Positions 1 through 13,679 of a DNA stretch of 64,000 bases are shown piece after piece. The stretch spans positions 180,331 through 244,330 of the forward strand of contig NMRA01000522.1 in assembly GCA_002633005.1 (NCBI GenBank), given 5' to 3'. The position numbers and the translations under genes are program-made. The notes beneath the pieces were generated by a model. That model made no database searches, had not been told where the DNA came from, and saw nothing but the letters and a program-made list of their open reading frames with translations. The first letter of the stretch is position 1, and each line of letters begins with the position of its first letter. This DNA comes from Phoronis australis (lineage: Eukaryota; Animalia; Phoronida).

Positions 1-2158
1 TAAATGTGTTAATAAAAATAATTTGAAATACTTTATTAACCAGTAAGAAAAAGCGGTTTGTGTAAAATTAACTCAATGTGATGTACTCAAAAAGTACATG
101 TCAAAACAGATCATGCGCATGTAACAATCAGCTCATGTACGTACACGTGCACTTTATAATTTCTTGCTTCCTAAATAGACATGTTCTAGATCAAAGAATG
201 GTATGGCTGAAAGCATGTAATGTGTAATTAGAATTTGAAACACATTGATGAAGTAACACATGTTCGTTGAACATTGGGCAATTTTAGATTTTTGTGATCA
301 GAGGAGCAAAATTCTATTGACATAGACCACTTCCATGGTTCAGCGGTCATTTTTCAAACTGATGAATATCGAGTACTCGGATGTGTGACGTCACGATTGG
401 AGTAGGTGAAGAAGGAAAGTTGGTTCCTCAGAAGAATTTCGTTGTAGCTGTGTCCAGTTCAGTTTTCCGCGTCTTTGTTCATGCACGTATTACCCATCTT
501 TTTGATATAACTGGATTCTCTGATCTACCTAGTAACATGCTCTTGACACGCCGTGACAGAAGCAGTCTCTTAACTGACATTTTCTAAAAATCTAATTAAA
601 AACTTACTCCTTAACAGAAATCATCACGTGAAAATAATAAGTGACACTGGCCCGCCTGACGAAATAAGACAAGTCAACGAAGTTTTATTAGAGAAATCAC
701 ATTTTAAACACAAGCAATATTTGTCGACATGTGACTGATCATAAAAATTGCCAACAGTACCTACGACTTTTTCGTACAATTAAGTAGCAAACGGGAAATG
801 AGAGTCATTCACAAGACCTTGACACCAAAGTGAAGTGTCGGCGTAAGTGCGCGCACACGTCTTCTTCCCTGCTAATAAAATATGTAGGAAATTTGAAAAT
901 TTACACAGCAGAGAGACAGCATGGGCATGGCAATTACTACATGGAATATCTGCAATATAGATCCAGGAAATGGCATATTTTATACCTTTCTAGTGCCTGT
1001 ACCTCAGTACTTTCGGAAACGGAAAATATACCGGCGACTTCAACAAGTAATAAGGACCAATTACGTAGTTAAGCGAAGTTAACCGGTGCTTTCAATTTTA
1101 TTTAGGTGGCTTATATGAATGACCTTATTGAAATCAAATAGATGTTGCAATGCCGTCAGTTACCGACGAATAAAAATTTACCATTTTATGAATGACCTTG
1201 CCTTGTTCCCTTCTCAGCTTGGAAGTGATCGCTGGACTCGGCGATAACTGACAGTAGTGGTTATTTCATCAGACCACTAAGCTCTTGCAGAGAACGGAAG
1301 TTTCCAAGACCAAATTTGACTTAGGAATAGTTTGAAACTTATTTCATAATGGTAAGTGGCCCAAGTCAAAATTTCTTTTCTGACAGAAAGCACAGGTTCA
1401 ATACGGCTCTAAAGAGGCATGGAACCCTAAAGCTAGTCAAAATATCGTTTAAACAATTCCTGGCGAAAGTACCATCTGACAGCGTCTACTACAGAGCTAT
1501 TTACTTTCCCGGACAGGAAAGTTTCACGAAAAATCCTCAAAGTTCACATTTTTGAAAGACGCGCGAAGAAAAACCTGTAGTCACCGCAGTTTCTAATCTT
1601 ACTCCCACTTACGACGATAAATGCGCGCATGCTCTCACAGCCATTCGACTAGTAGCAGATTAACAACTGAAGGATATTGACGGCAGATTATGAGGTGTGA
1701 TCGCACTCCCAATCTGAAGTCGAGAGCACAGTATGAGGCACACCAGTGAAGCAAGACATTTCGCAGAGTTCCAAGTGTATTTTATAATTATAGTTGAATA
1801 TTACGAGAACTTTCTAATTTCAACATCAATTGCCTCTTAATCAGGCTAACGCTTGAAGTCGCCATTGTTTTGTTTATGTCCAATGTCAAAGGTCACATTT
1901 TCCATATTAGAGAAATGTGCTAGGTCAATTTCTGGTCATACCAAAGAAGACGCGCTTTGCCTTCTGAAAAATTAATGAAGTGACGAGCAGATGTTTTTTT
2001 TTTTGAAAATTGAAACTAAAAGAAAAATGCTTTGACATAAACATAAATTTAAAATCTTTACAGCAAATCCTAAAAATATTTGGTGCCCACTTGAATTCGG
2101 TTTCAGTGGCAGAGAACCACTCTGAATAATGAAATTTAGTCTATTTTTCAAATTCCAA

Positions 2159-2409
2159 GGGCCGTTAAAAAGCTGACTTAAGTTCATTTTTAACTTTAAT
2201 GTAAGATTTGTCTCAACTTCTAAACTTTGAAACTTCCACATCCTTTAAGTTTATCAAAATTAAGACAAAACTTAAGTCAGAAATTTAAGTCAAACTTAAA
2301 TCTCTTTTTTTGAAATGGACTTGAGACAGACTTAAGTTTTATCATCAAACTGATTGAAATTTAAGATTAGTCTTCAGTTAGCTAAGTCAGTTTTCTTGGA
2401 ACAGGTCCC
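2159..2409. mobile_element. PIF/Harbinger-like MITE
   Basis: Imperfect inverted ends GGGCCGTT...GACTTA / TAAGTCAG...AACAGGTCCC. Internally palindromic, with repeated ttaagtc/gacttaa motifs. Confidence 0.45.
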
Positions 2410-2496
2410 TGGCCTCTTTCAGGGAGTTGATGGTACTGTGTTTTGCAGATAAGCTAAAAACGTTGAAATAATGTAAGCCACATTTCTCATAAACCT

Positions 2497-2502
2497 TTTA
2501 TT
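2497..2502 (-). promoter_or_regulatory. Candidate polyadenylation signal (AATAAA) for MAD2
   Basis: First AATAAA I noticed on the minus strand, ~1.8 kb downstream of the MAD2 stop. Motif only. Confidence 0.3.
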
Positions 2503-4324
2503 TTGATAATATATAGGGGTGTACAAAACGCAAACTTCACAAAGTATTACCTTTTGTACCTAATTCTAGTGGCAGACACTTGTTTAATATTAGTACATCC
2601 TCATGAATCCCTTTGGCAAAAAATGCAGGTTCACATTCACTTCCATCCATCCATTCACAACTAGTATTATATTAAGCTCAGAATAGTAAGAGACACATTC
2701 GCAGTCATTCACTATTGGCTTTTAGCATGCAGGATAGTTTGAGGACATCATTCCATAATTAAGTCATTGCCTCAGTACAGTTAAAGATCTGGGATGCGTT
2801 CACTAAACGAAAGCACTATGCAAAAAGTAAGATCGTTGCAACACAAAACCATGCAAAATGAGTGCTTCGTGAAAGTGCTTGCGACTTTTCTGGCATATCC
2901 CAGAAATTGGTGGCCATGGAAGTATTGGTCGATCAGGATCAGATTAGGATGTTGCATTATGAGATAAAATTCAAGGTTTCAGTTCCAACTGCACATGTCT
3001 AGGGAATGCACTGCTGACATGATGATAGCTTTACAATACTATTGCATAATGAGACATCCCCTCAACAGTACAGCTGCAGATCTGATGCTAGTTTGACAAA
3101 TTCTCAGACCAAATCAGCAAAATCTATCCACAACAAAATGTGGACCAGAGGTAAGAGATCTATTCAAGTAGTAAACATCCAATCAAATTAACAGTACAAA
3201 GCCTAAATTAACAGTACAAAGCCTAAAGTTTCAGGACTTTTACTCTTAAACACCCATGAATGGTTATTGAAAACCAAATTAATTGTTGGAACATTTAATA
3301 ACTTAAGGAGGTTCAACAGAATTTGCACAAAGTGGAAGTATTGTCAGTGACTAATTTATAAAACATTTGAATACTGTTGATTACTGATTACACTTAATTG
3401 AAAAATATTGATTGTGCATTAAGCTTTAGTTACTAAAGTATAACTTGGTCGCGTTAAATAGAAAAAGGCTTAAACAAGTATAAACACTTGCATCTTAATT
3501 AGTGGTAAAACACCAAATTTGAATTTATCAAGAAAGAAACTTCACGCCAACAAAACTTATTTCACTATACCAACATAACATTATCACCATACAGTGAAAT
3601 ACAATCATGACCTTGAACTTGGCCTGCTTTCTTATGTGGCATTGTTTGAACTGAAATAGCTCCAGAAGTCCTCGGAGCATAATTTTTTCTTACTTCATAG
3701 ATAACATGTGGAGCATCAAAGACATCAAAGAACTTGTAAAAGTCAATTTCATGTTTTTGCAAGAGGAAATGCCTTTGTTTAAGTGGCTGCAAAGGAAAAA
3801 CTAATTGCATAACTACCACATTTTTTGCAAATTTATAGTTAGACAACGACTAAACATCAATGGTATACTGAAATTGGATCAATGCCGCTTTAAAGCACAA
3901 GTGGGTTGATGAACTCTTACCAACAGAGAAGTCTGTCTCTTGTAAGTCGCGTAATTTGAATATGTGTGACTTAACAGAACAACACAAACATTTAACTTTT
4001 ATCTCAGGCAAAAATGCAAGTTCTACGGTACTCTTCTCTGAAGGAGATTTACACGTGTTGTCACTTATCTGCATTGGAATTACGCCCACAATTACAATAG
4101 GTAGGATAGTGGTGAAACAGTAGCTGATGGATCAAAACTCACAGTTTTACATTAAACATTCAGTTAATACTCAGCCCAGCCTTTATAAACATCTTGAATG
4201 TTAACTCCAAGTGACTTTGCTTGTGCACCGAACATATACTACTTTACACAGTTTACAGTGTGTACAGCTGTGAGCCCATCCGTTCGCATGCATCTTGTGT
4301 ACAAGTCACATGCAGTTTACATGG

Positions 4325-4485
4325 TCACTGTTTGTATGCTACCATGGCGTCCACCTTATGTATGGTAGTGGTGAACGAGCGAAGGCGAACTTCTTCAGAG
4401 TTAGCGATAAAGTGAGGCCCAGTCTCGCCCCAGGTTTCTGGCACTTCAAGGTCTTTATCTGTGTACACCAACAAATCAAACACAC
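4325..4485 (-). CDS. MAD2L1: Mad2 (HORMA domain) last coding exon (exon 5)
   Basis: Acceptor ttgtgcag|GT, phase 1. Translates (C)VFDLLVYTDKDLEVPETWGETGPHFIANSEEVRLRSFTTTIHKVDAMVAYKQ*, closely matching the Mad2 C-terminal safety belt. TGA at 4327-4325. Confidence 0.97.
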
Positions 4486-5954
4486 CTGCACAACGTAGTA
4501 GAAAGAAAATTTTAGTAAATCAGTTTGCACAATTGGTTTGGTCTCGTTATCCCAGGGCTTTCCCAGAGAGACAGATTCCTTGTCTTACTTACTGCAAAAC
4601 CTCATCACATAAATGCAAAGCATTGATATGCGCTCGCGGTGTGCACGGGAAATGGTAAAGATTTAAGAGAGGCTCATTTCTTTCGAACATTCTCGTGGAA
4701 GACAGATTCATCTGAAAATCAATGTCAGTTTCGCTCTCCTTAATGCAAACACTTATGTCCACTTTTATGAAAATCCATCAAAAAACTTGGTACATATTAA
4801 GGCATACAATTTGCCACCTGGAGATGCCACAGCAGTCAGCTCTGTCCAATATCAGCCATGTTCTCCTCAACAGGAGCACATTTTTAAAACTTCATGAAGA
4901 TCCACCAACAGGGGGAGGGGGACTGTTGTCATAGGCATGCACACTTGTCACACACCAAAGCTCTTATCATGCCAAAACCCCTCACCATGGAACCTGAACA
5001 CCAACCACATTAAGGCACTCTTGCAGTCAATTGCATTAAAAACTGTGGCAAAACTGCCCTAGCATGGTTAAAATTCAGGTTTTGAGGTAAGAGTATTTTT
5101 TGTACATGGTAGAGTGTTTCTGGTGTGTGATAAGGGTGCACACCTGTGGTAAACCCATTTCCACCTCTTGATCTAAGAACTTGGTAGATGTTGGGGCAGG
5201 CACAAAATAGCCACAACCAGGGTCATACCAGGCACCTTAAATATTGCATCTGTCCAAAAAACATCAGTAGTGATCTAATCAACACAATCATAGATTCAGG
5301 CCATATTTCATAAAGAGTCATCCACAGGGCTACCAACCCCTTAACATTAAGCACATAAGCATTTAACATCTTAACATGATATCCAAGGCAGAAGATATCC
5401 CACAATCCAAAGTCAAGGGAGCACATTTTTCATTGGTCAGTCATCAAAAAACAACTGCAACTGACCAGTTACAATAAGGAAAATCTGTACCTGCAAACTA
5501 CATTATACACTGGTACTAAGTACTCAGGAAACATCTTATTGGTGTGATCTGATCACCGAACTTGGTAAATATTGAAAAATACACAAGGAAAACGTTAATT
5601 GCCACATAGGAAGACAAAGACTGAATTTCATGAAGATTTGTCGTGGACCATGGTAAGTATTAACTCAGAGGCAAAAAATTGTCAAAACAAGATGCCGTAG
5701 TAGTCAAATCCAAGTGAAAATTAACATATCCTCAACAGGTCTGGAACACATATTCCAACAAAGTTCATGTTCAGGCAGGCGTGAAAGAACAAACCACTAG
5801 AGGGCACTACACTAGTCGGACCTGTTTGAATGAACAAACCATTAGACGGCACTATACTAGTCGGACCAGTCTGAAAATCAGTAACAGAAATTTCATGATA
5901 CACTTAAGCGGTTTGGTGGATAGCAGATGATATAAGCAAACCAGGAAATTATAA

Positions 5955-7020
5955 ACAAGAGCAACGCGGAGCGGTGAAATGCGCCCACGACTACACTACA
6001 AACCATGTGCATCTATGGATGTTTTTAGTAACATAAAAATGGCCATTGGATGGCACAGAATACATTGAACCAATCCGAAAATGAGGTTTCGTCATCTCTC
6101 AAAGCTATTAGCCAAATTTCATGAAACTGCATCTAAAACTCCAAAGTTACAAGGGTAAAAGTAAAAACAAAAAAACTGACATTAGGCACCACAGCCGTAG
6201 TTGAATGTTGTCAAGTTAATAGGAATACAATTGCAAAGGTTGAAAATCATTTTGCAGGGGGTTTCGGAAATACAGCCGAAGATGCGAAAACCAAATCACT
6301 AAGGGGCCAACAGTAGTAGGACTCATCTGAAACCCCATGTCAGTCATGCTCTTGTCAGTAGGAGCACATCTAGAGAATTATATAATAGTTCATACTATAA
6401 CCACTAGGTGCCTCTGTAGCTAGCTTCCCACCATTGTCTTAGTGACTACACATTGACATTACATAGAGGTAGGGATTATCACCTTTTCCACGTGTATTCA
6501 CTTTATATCCCGTTTATAGTACATTGTCATTACCCTTAAGCTATACAGTAAGCATTCTCTTTACTTGTACTTCTAGGTCTCCATCATTCTTTCAATAAAG
6601 GTTGACAAGAAATGAAGAATGTTTATCTAACATCTGCCAATTTCCATAATGACCCAGTTTGCTATACACAGAAGCAGACGGCAAAAAAAAAAAATAATGT
6701 CCACTAGTTGGTGCAGACAGAATACATCGAATCCATCACAAAATGGAAAAAGTGCTGCCATCTTCATAACAGAAACTTGTTTGGCAAATTTCATGAAAAA
6801 CAACAAGGAACTTTGAAGTTATATACAAAATTTGCCAATAGTGAGCACAGGTGCAGTTGCACTGGTTTGAAACTCGTCATCGTCTGCTAAATTTCAGTTC
6901 TTGCAAAACAAATTGCCACGATGGGGCACCAAAGTAGTCAAACACATTAGAAAAACAATGTCAGCCTCCGCTTTCTCATCAGGTACACATCTCCTAATTA
7001 TAACAAAGATTCTTCCAGCA
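5955..7020. mobile_element. Degraded fragments of the Helentron-associated (HINE-like) family
   Basis: Begins ACAAGAGCAACGCGGAGCGGTGAAATGCGCCCACG, the same terminus as the copies at 16928 and 35410. Degraded core units follow. Right boundary approximate. Confidence 0.6.
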
Positions 7021-7185
7021 GTTTGGTGGACGGAAAGGTTGACATCAAAATAATTTTTTAAAACCAAATTAGAAGATGTCACCATCTCCTTAAATGAAAG
7101 CTATTAGCAAAAAGTTCATAGTAATAAAAATAGTCACTATAAGTCAAATCTTTCCGAAAATAGGAACCTGTCATTGTCTCTTTAA

Positions 7186-8328
7186 CCCTTATCCTGCGCG
7201 AGGTCAGCCGACAAGCCTATTATCCTATTAAAATGCGTCGGGTGTACTCAATTGCCTAAAATAAGCTACGGCTAGGCTGCTCAAGGAGAGTGTACTCACC
7301 CCAGGACACGTGTTTTTCATTCAGAAATTGTGAAAGCCCCGTATGCTGTTTATATATCCGAGCATGCGCATTCCACAGTTCATAGTTTCCTGTACAGTTT
7401 TCTGACTTACAACATATGGCTGTGGTTATTTGTTTCCGAGATATTTGAAAGTTTACGCAAGTTTTATCTTGACTGATGCCAAACGTGGTAAGGTGACTGT
7501 TGACCAGTTTCTTGAGGAAGTGTTCATGGACTCAGCGAGCTGGAATTGGCAATCGAAAGTGACGGTGACAGTGACGGGGAAACTAACACAACAGTCACAA
7601 GTAATACAGATTCTATCGATTCGGATCTCACTGCAATTTTTGGAGGAGTTACCGGTCCCTGAAGCTGAACTTGGAGGGGCCTACGACGATGCTTGGCTCA
7701 CGCCCTTCAGGCATAATACAGGGCCTCTGAAACATGACAGAACTCATTCAGAATTAGATATTTTTTGTGACTTTTTCACAGAATAGCTTTGTGCCCCCAC
7801 CCGTGTTTCACGTTTTTGCACACAAGGTGAACTTCAAGACAGACTTTAGCAAGGAACTGCACCAGTCATGCATTTGTAATCGTGCAAAGTTGAGGTATGT
7901 TATATACTATACATTCTTGTTTGTAGATGTGATGTTACAGACAATAAATCTGCTTTACTAAACATGCAAGTCTCATGGATTCACTTTTAAAAATACTTAT
8001 TACGGTTTTTGAGTGTCAGCTCTAATGTTCTCACATGCAAAAACAGATAAAAACAAAGAGTGTCCAGTTTGAAAGTTTATAGAATTATTTATATCAAGGC
8101 TATGGTAAAGATATGTATATGGTGAAAATCTCCATTAAATTCTGAACAGCTTTCGTGCAGACCACTTTTATGTAAAGTTGATATTACCCCTTCAAATTTC
8201 CAATCTAAAAATATCAGGTCATTAATCTGAGTGACCTTTATAACAGCCCAGTGCACAGCAGCAGTGGTGACCTACGAAGCTCAGCACACAGGGAAAGTTG
8301 TCTGAATAGAGGCTTAGCAGGATAAGGG
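7186..8328 (+). mobile_element. Non-autonomous piggyBac (internal deletion derivative)
   Basis: TTAA at 7182-7185 and 8329-8332, with perfect 12-bp TIRs CCCTTATCCTGC/GCAGGATAAGGG. Internal remnants: an acidic N-terminus (ESDGDSDGE) and WLTPFRHNTGP...SELDIFCDFFTE joined to an LC..xCF..H-like Cys-rich end. Confidence 0.85.
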
Positions 8329-9161
8329 TTAAAGGAGAATGCCATCTTATATAGTTAGTCTTTTTTACCGTCTTAATCGGCCTATATCCACATCGCCTCT
8401 TACACAGTTGACCTCACCTTGCTGAGAGGTGTCGCGTTAACCTGTGAGGAAGGTGAGAAGTGACGCAGCGACGTCAGTGGTTCATCTGCAGAGTGAATGC
8501 CACTATATTGTGGTGCATTGTTCCCGCTTGTCCGAACTATGAAGCTTCGAAGAAAGCGGTTATATCAGTTTTTCGACTTCCTCGAGAGCCCGAGATGCTT
8601 AGGAATTGGCTCGCAGTAGTAAATGAAAGGAAGGCTGTTAATAGCAAGCATGAGGCCATGAAACATCTCCGTGTCTGTGGCCGGCATTTCGTCGACAGTG
8701 ATTTCTCTGACGAATTCCGGCTTACCAAAGAACTATCCATCAATCCGTTGCCTGTGCATGTTCACGGCGCCTCTAGTATTTCTTGATCAGTGTATTCCAG
8801 TTCAAACAGATAGCCTGTGAAACCTAATGATCCGACCCGTGAAGTCTTTGCCGCCTGAGCTCGTGACTAAGTCGGGATTGGTGCGAGGTGAGTTGCCGTT
8901 TATTAGTAGACATTTACTACTGATTCTGCGTTCTGTTTCAAAATGAATTATTCTCATCCTTACCAATGCTTATATAAAACTGAAACAAAGTCTGTCTCAT
9001 TAGATACAATATTGGAGTTGCAACCTAATCGATTTAACGATTGTGCATGTCTGGAAATTAGGGTGCACAAAGGCTATTGGGATTGATTGGGGTATGTCGA
9101 ATGGCTGATTGGTTTGCACGACGTGTGATTTGTGTGCATTAAACTACGCTGCTGTATGTAA

Positions 9162-10450
9162 TACTGCCACTATTTGCCCTAATAAGCACCCATGCCCCAA
9201 TAAGTGCCCCAACTAAAGTAAGTGCCCAGCCCATGAACATGCGAAAAATGCCTTACCTACAGTTCTCACGTCTCCAATTTATTAATTGAAAGATCCGACA
9301 GTCCTGAATTTGTAGACCACGAGCCTCACCGTTATGTCCGTAAACACTTCAAACTTACGCTGCGATTCAAAAAGAACGCAAGTTTTGCTACTCTTGCGAG
9401 GGATATGCCCCATTACGTGGGTCTGGACTTTTAAAATAGACGCAGAGTAGGCCTACTTGTCAGCGGGATTGCATTGTTTCTTTCCAGTACAGATTTTCTC
9501 CGGTCTCAACAGGAATCCAAACATTTTTTGCACACGTGAAAACCGTGAATTGAAGACTAATAAAAAAACACGACCAGTGTTATCAAGCTGCCAAGAAGTG
9601 CGCGCTGCATAATGTACCGGCTGTCATCCGGAAGACATTTAGTCGGGAACTATCTATTTATGAAACGAGTAACATAGCATCAGCAAGAAATATTGGCACT
9701 AATTTCCGAAAGATTCTAATACCGTAAAAAAGTTTTGCATTATTTTTAAGAGAAATTATTTAACTAATCATAATTGGTGTTTTTAAAGTCAAAATGACCC
9801 ACTGATAGTGAACACATTTGCACCCTTACACCACGAATCTTCCGGAAAATAGCAGTTACACTACGGTCACGCATTTACTCACCCGGCTTCTCAATGAGTA
9901 ACATATCAGTCTTACCGAAACAATTCTCGAACGTTTTTTAGCAGATGAGGCCAGCAAGTGCTAAGCTAAATATTAGAACACACTCTGCTTGACTGCTTGA
10001 GTTAATTTCATTGGATACAATGCACACCTAGGTCATTACATCGCATCTACTCTGGTAAATGAATTCTGATGACAACCACACAAACGCTTACTCTCACACA
10101 CACGCATACAAACTTCAAAACAAATGTCACGTGACAACAACATGTGTGTTCCTCCAGAGATTTTTCTCGTATTGCAGGCTACAATTTAGCGCAGATTTGG
10201 ACTTAATCTGCAGTTAATCCAGACTCCACAAGAACTTAAAAATTTTAGAGATGCTACTTGGAAAACTTGAGGAGGAGTTCAGGTAATTTGTTGAGTCGAA
10301 GCTGTATTCGTATTCAAGAATTCAAGCCCTATCGACGATTGCGAGACCGGCAGCTACGCATTTGTCAGCGAGATTTTGCCCTGGGATTTCAGCACAATTT
10401 TCTGATGATCGTAATTTAACAACGAATTTTGATAGCAATGCACAATTTTT
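9162..10450. mobile_element. Degraded copy of pogo/Tc1-mariner-like family B
   Basis: Colinear similarity to 27086-28503 (e.g. ttagtcgggaactatc, gcagatttggacttaa, ccagactccacaagaacttaaaa). Boundaries approximate. Confidence 0.7.
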
Positions 10451-10485
10451 TAGAAAGTAAATAATAATATTCTGCACACTTTATT

Positions 10486-10987
10486 TTAGCGCGTTAATGC
10501 ATATAGTGCGGTGCGACCAAGAAGAGGTAACTGTGCAGAGGCATTATCCTCAAAATTTCTCGTGTTGGCTTGGTTCTGGTCAAGCAAAAACAAGTTTTTT
10601 TTCACTACCATCCGCCGTGGAGCATTTATTACTGTTTCTTTCAAGTGAAATATTGTTGGGCAGTTTCCAAGATACGTTTTGTTGCCGCCCTCAAAATGAG
10701 CGCTGCACACTTTATGCTATGAAGTCGGAAAGAATTTACTAAGTCGGCCTTTGCTACCAGCTCTACCGAAGTGTCTGACCCATGTTTAACGCAGTTATTG
10801 ATCCTTGGGAAACAGGTAGTAACTAAATTCTTTATCTCGCTAACTGGTATAGCAGCCAGGCACACAACACGTATAACCTCCCTGTGGCCAGTTCGCCCCT
10901 ACGTTTGCCGAGGTATTTGTTTACCAGCTTAACCACAATGCAACATTCTGACCCATTTCCAATATGGCGGCGTTGCAACTCCGCTAT
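10486..10987 (-). mobile_element. ISL2EU-like element end with a pseudogenised THAP domain
   Basis: End ATAGCGGAGTTGCAACG resembles the TIR of 13680-15134. GGYTCCVPGC...FPKD...W...RAGSKGR...HKVCSAHFEGGNKTYLGNCPTIF with in-frame stops. Confidence 0.7.
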
Positions 10988-11886
10988 TTGTAATGCCTTG
11001 GAGTGCTCGTGAGTGCAAATGTTTTGAGAAGCCAGCAATGAATAAACCACTGCGTTACCAGCTTTTGATGCAGGCGACAAAGGTAATTGACCGGACACCG
11101 AGGCCGTGTGAGCGCATGCTAATTCAGTGTTTGTTGACAGAAAGCTGTTGTGAAACAATTACTCGATTATATATGCTATGGTCACATGTTAGGGGAATCG
11201 TTACTTAGAAATACAAATACATTATTCAAATCATTGTTACTGTACAACCTTTGCCCTGACGGTCTGTGGAAGGGGAACCCGACATCGCAGTACAATTTCA
11301 GTTTCATGGCTAATTCACATAAATAATTACGTGCATATTGTGATTGGAGGTTTAGTTTCGAACTCAAGCTGGTTTGTGTTCGTGCCAGTCCCGGCTGCCG
11401 CGACGGGCCTGCTCGGGTTCCGAACCACTGGCCGGGATAACAAGCGTTTTGTGTGTTTAGAACTCAAAAAATCACAAGTCCAAACAACACAGACCTAGGT
11501 TATCCTGTCTGTATTTCACGGAAGAATACAGAACAGACTCCAAACTCCTCAGTGCTACGGACCTTGGTAAATTGGCCTGCTGAACTTTGCAGGCTACGGT
11601 ATGCCCAAATACCAGTAAATCCGTAACAGAGAAATAAAACAACACATTTTTATAAAAACTCAGTGTATTTTTAAGGGTTTTACGCCCAGACAGAGATGAT
11701 GGCAATATGATCTGCTTGGTAAATACAGTGTCACAATTTTTATTTGATGACGTTGTTACGAAAAAATTATTATTATTCGTTGATGTTTACAATAGGCTGC
11801 ACAGTTTCAACAAGAGAGGAAAATTCTCTGGAGGTTCCTATGACTATAAAGAAAGCTGGTAAATAACGCTTGTGATTGCTACTTAC

Positions 11887-11990
11887 AAGCAGTCTCCAGA
11901 AGAGGCAGGAATGTGACGGACGCTGTAATCTGACGAATTACTGCCGAGATTTCCTTGTTGATTTCTTTACATGACTTTTCCCTCGGTTTG
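11887..11990 (-). CDS. MAD2L1: Mad2 exon 4 (104 nt)
   Basis: ctctttctag| ... |gtaagt, phase 2 in and phase 1 out. (S)KPREKSCKEINKEISAVIRQITASVTFLPLLETA contains the Mad2 alphaC IRQITA.VTFLP signature. Confidence 0.97.
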
Positions 11991-13679
11991 CTAGAAAGAG
12001 ATAAATATTTCCTTATTTCCTATTTCAGCACCTCTTGCAATCAGTTCACAGTGAAGATGCACAAATATTCTAATCTTGCATATCTTATCTGTTGATTAGT
12101 TTTAGATTGTCGGAAATTTCCAAGAAAAAACAACAATCCCATTAGTGGTGTAAATGCAGGTGTTAAATGTTATCCAATATCTGCCTCATGAGATTACACT
12201 TAACCATGCTATTTATCAGGTACATGCAAGGAATGAGACAGTCGTAAATCAACATGTGGTAAAAGGTATTGATTTTATGACTGCTTGTTATTTCCTAATC
12301 AGAAGTACAACTGCATTTAATCAATTCTCCACATTTGATGAACTGTACCTCAAACAGCTTGAATAAATGTTACAAAATAGAAGTAACAAAAGACCGGAAA
12401 AAGCCATTTTAATGAACTGGTACTTCACAAGGGAATACGGGAACCTGCAGTTTTGTTCAGGGCTGTGCACGTAATTATACAGTCACGAAGTGCAGGTGAT
12501 GACGTGCACGTGCCATACCAAGCCCCTATTCTAAAGACAGGCAATTTTGTTTTTTAGATAATTTGTGTTTATTAATGAGGTCAACGACACGGACGAAAAA
12601 GTTGTTTTTGAAACATTTAACTTCAAGCATAATTTAACAAAACAAGGCGCTATTGGAAAATTGGGGGGGGAGGGGAGACATGGAGAATTCGCCACCTAAT
12701 CATTTGCAGTGTCAACAACTAAGCCAGGAGGATCAAATTTGTGGCGGCAGATCCACTGGCAGCTCAAGGATGTCGCAAGGGAGACAACCACAACACATTT
12801 AAAGGAAGTTTGTGTAATACATAAAAATGGAATATGCCAGCAGTGTCCGTAGGGCAGTAGGGAAATCTGACTATGTCAAGGAATTTAATAACAGGAGCAT
12901 GAAAAGCGAAAATAAAGGCGATGGTAAAGGAAGACAGAAATCGACAGATTCAATTTTCTGTGCCTCCTCTCCATGGCTACTGCAAATAAAAGACGAGTTC
13001 AGAAATTGAATGTGTTCAAAGGACAATGCCACCAAAAAAATAACGTATTTTGTATCAGTTTAGATAGAGTAGTTCCACTAGATAACAGCAAGTCTAGTTC
13101 TTTTACCCGACACCAGACAGAAGACGAAGGTTCTGAAATTAACCAATGACGTCACAGGTTCTAATACAGTCTGCTCAGCAGTTCACAAGACGCTTACTAG
13201 TGTCAGAGAATCACTTTAATTCATCGTTTTACACCAATAAACCATCAAAATTTGATGTAACACCCTTAATAATACATTAAGTTTTTAACGTATTTATAGA
13301 AATTTTGAACGTACCGTAGCCTACAAAGTTTGGTAGGACAAATTCACCATGGTCGGTCGCGGGAAGTTTGGAGTCTGTTCAGTGTTCAATGTAAACTAGC
13401 TTCGGTATCGCTCCGCAGTTAGTGCATATAAATATTAAGTATTATTTTATGTAAGCTATATGCTTCGTCCTCATTATCATATTGTTTGGATTGTTGGGTC
13501 AGAGACCCTCTTTGTTCTACGATTATTGGTTTAATTGTACCACATGATTTTTTTGTCTTGTTGCAACATTGTGCCATCGTCCATAACTCTCTTCAAGTTT
13601 CGAGTTTTCAGTCAATTTGTATTTCCTCAAACCAACTTTCTAACTCAAGACTTGTGCATACCTTCATTGTACCTCCAAT

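Larger units (their letters stand above)
8333..11700 (+). mobile_element. Kolobok-like element with THAP remnant (left copy, interrupted by nested insertions)
   Basis: TTAA+AGGAGAATGC end. THAP remnant WCIVPACPN...VFRLPREPEMLRNWL...LRVCGRHF (ORF 8460-8786). Segments are homologous in inverted orientation to 13020-16255. Right boundary approximate. Confidence 0.65.
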
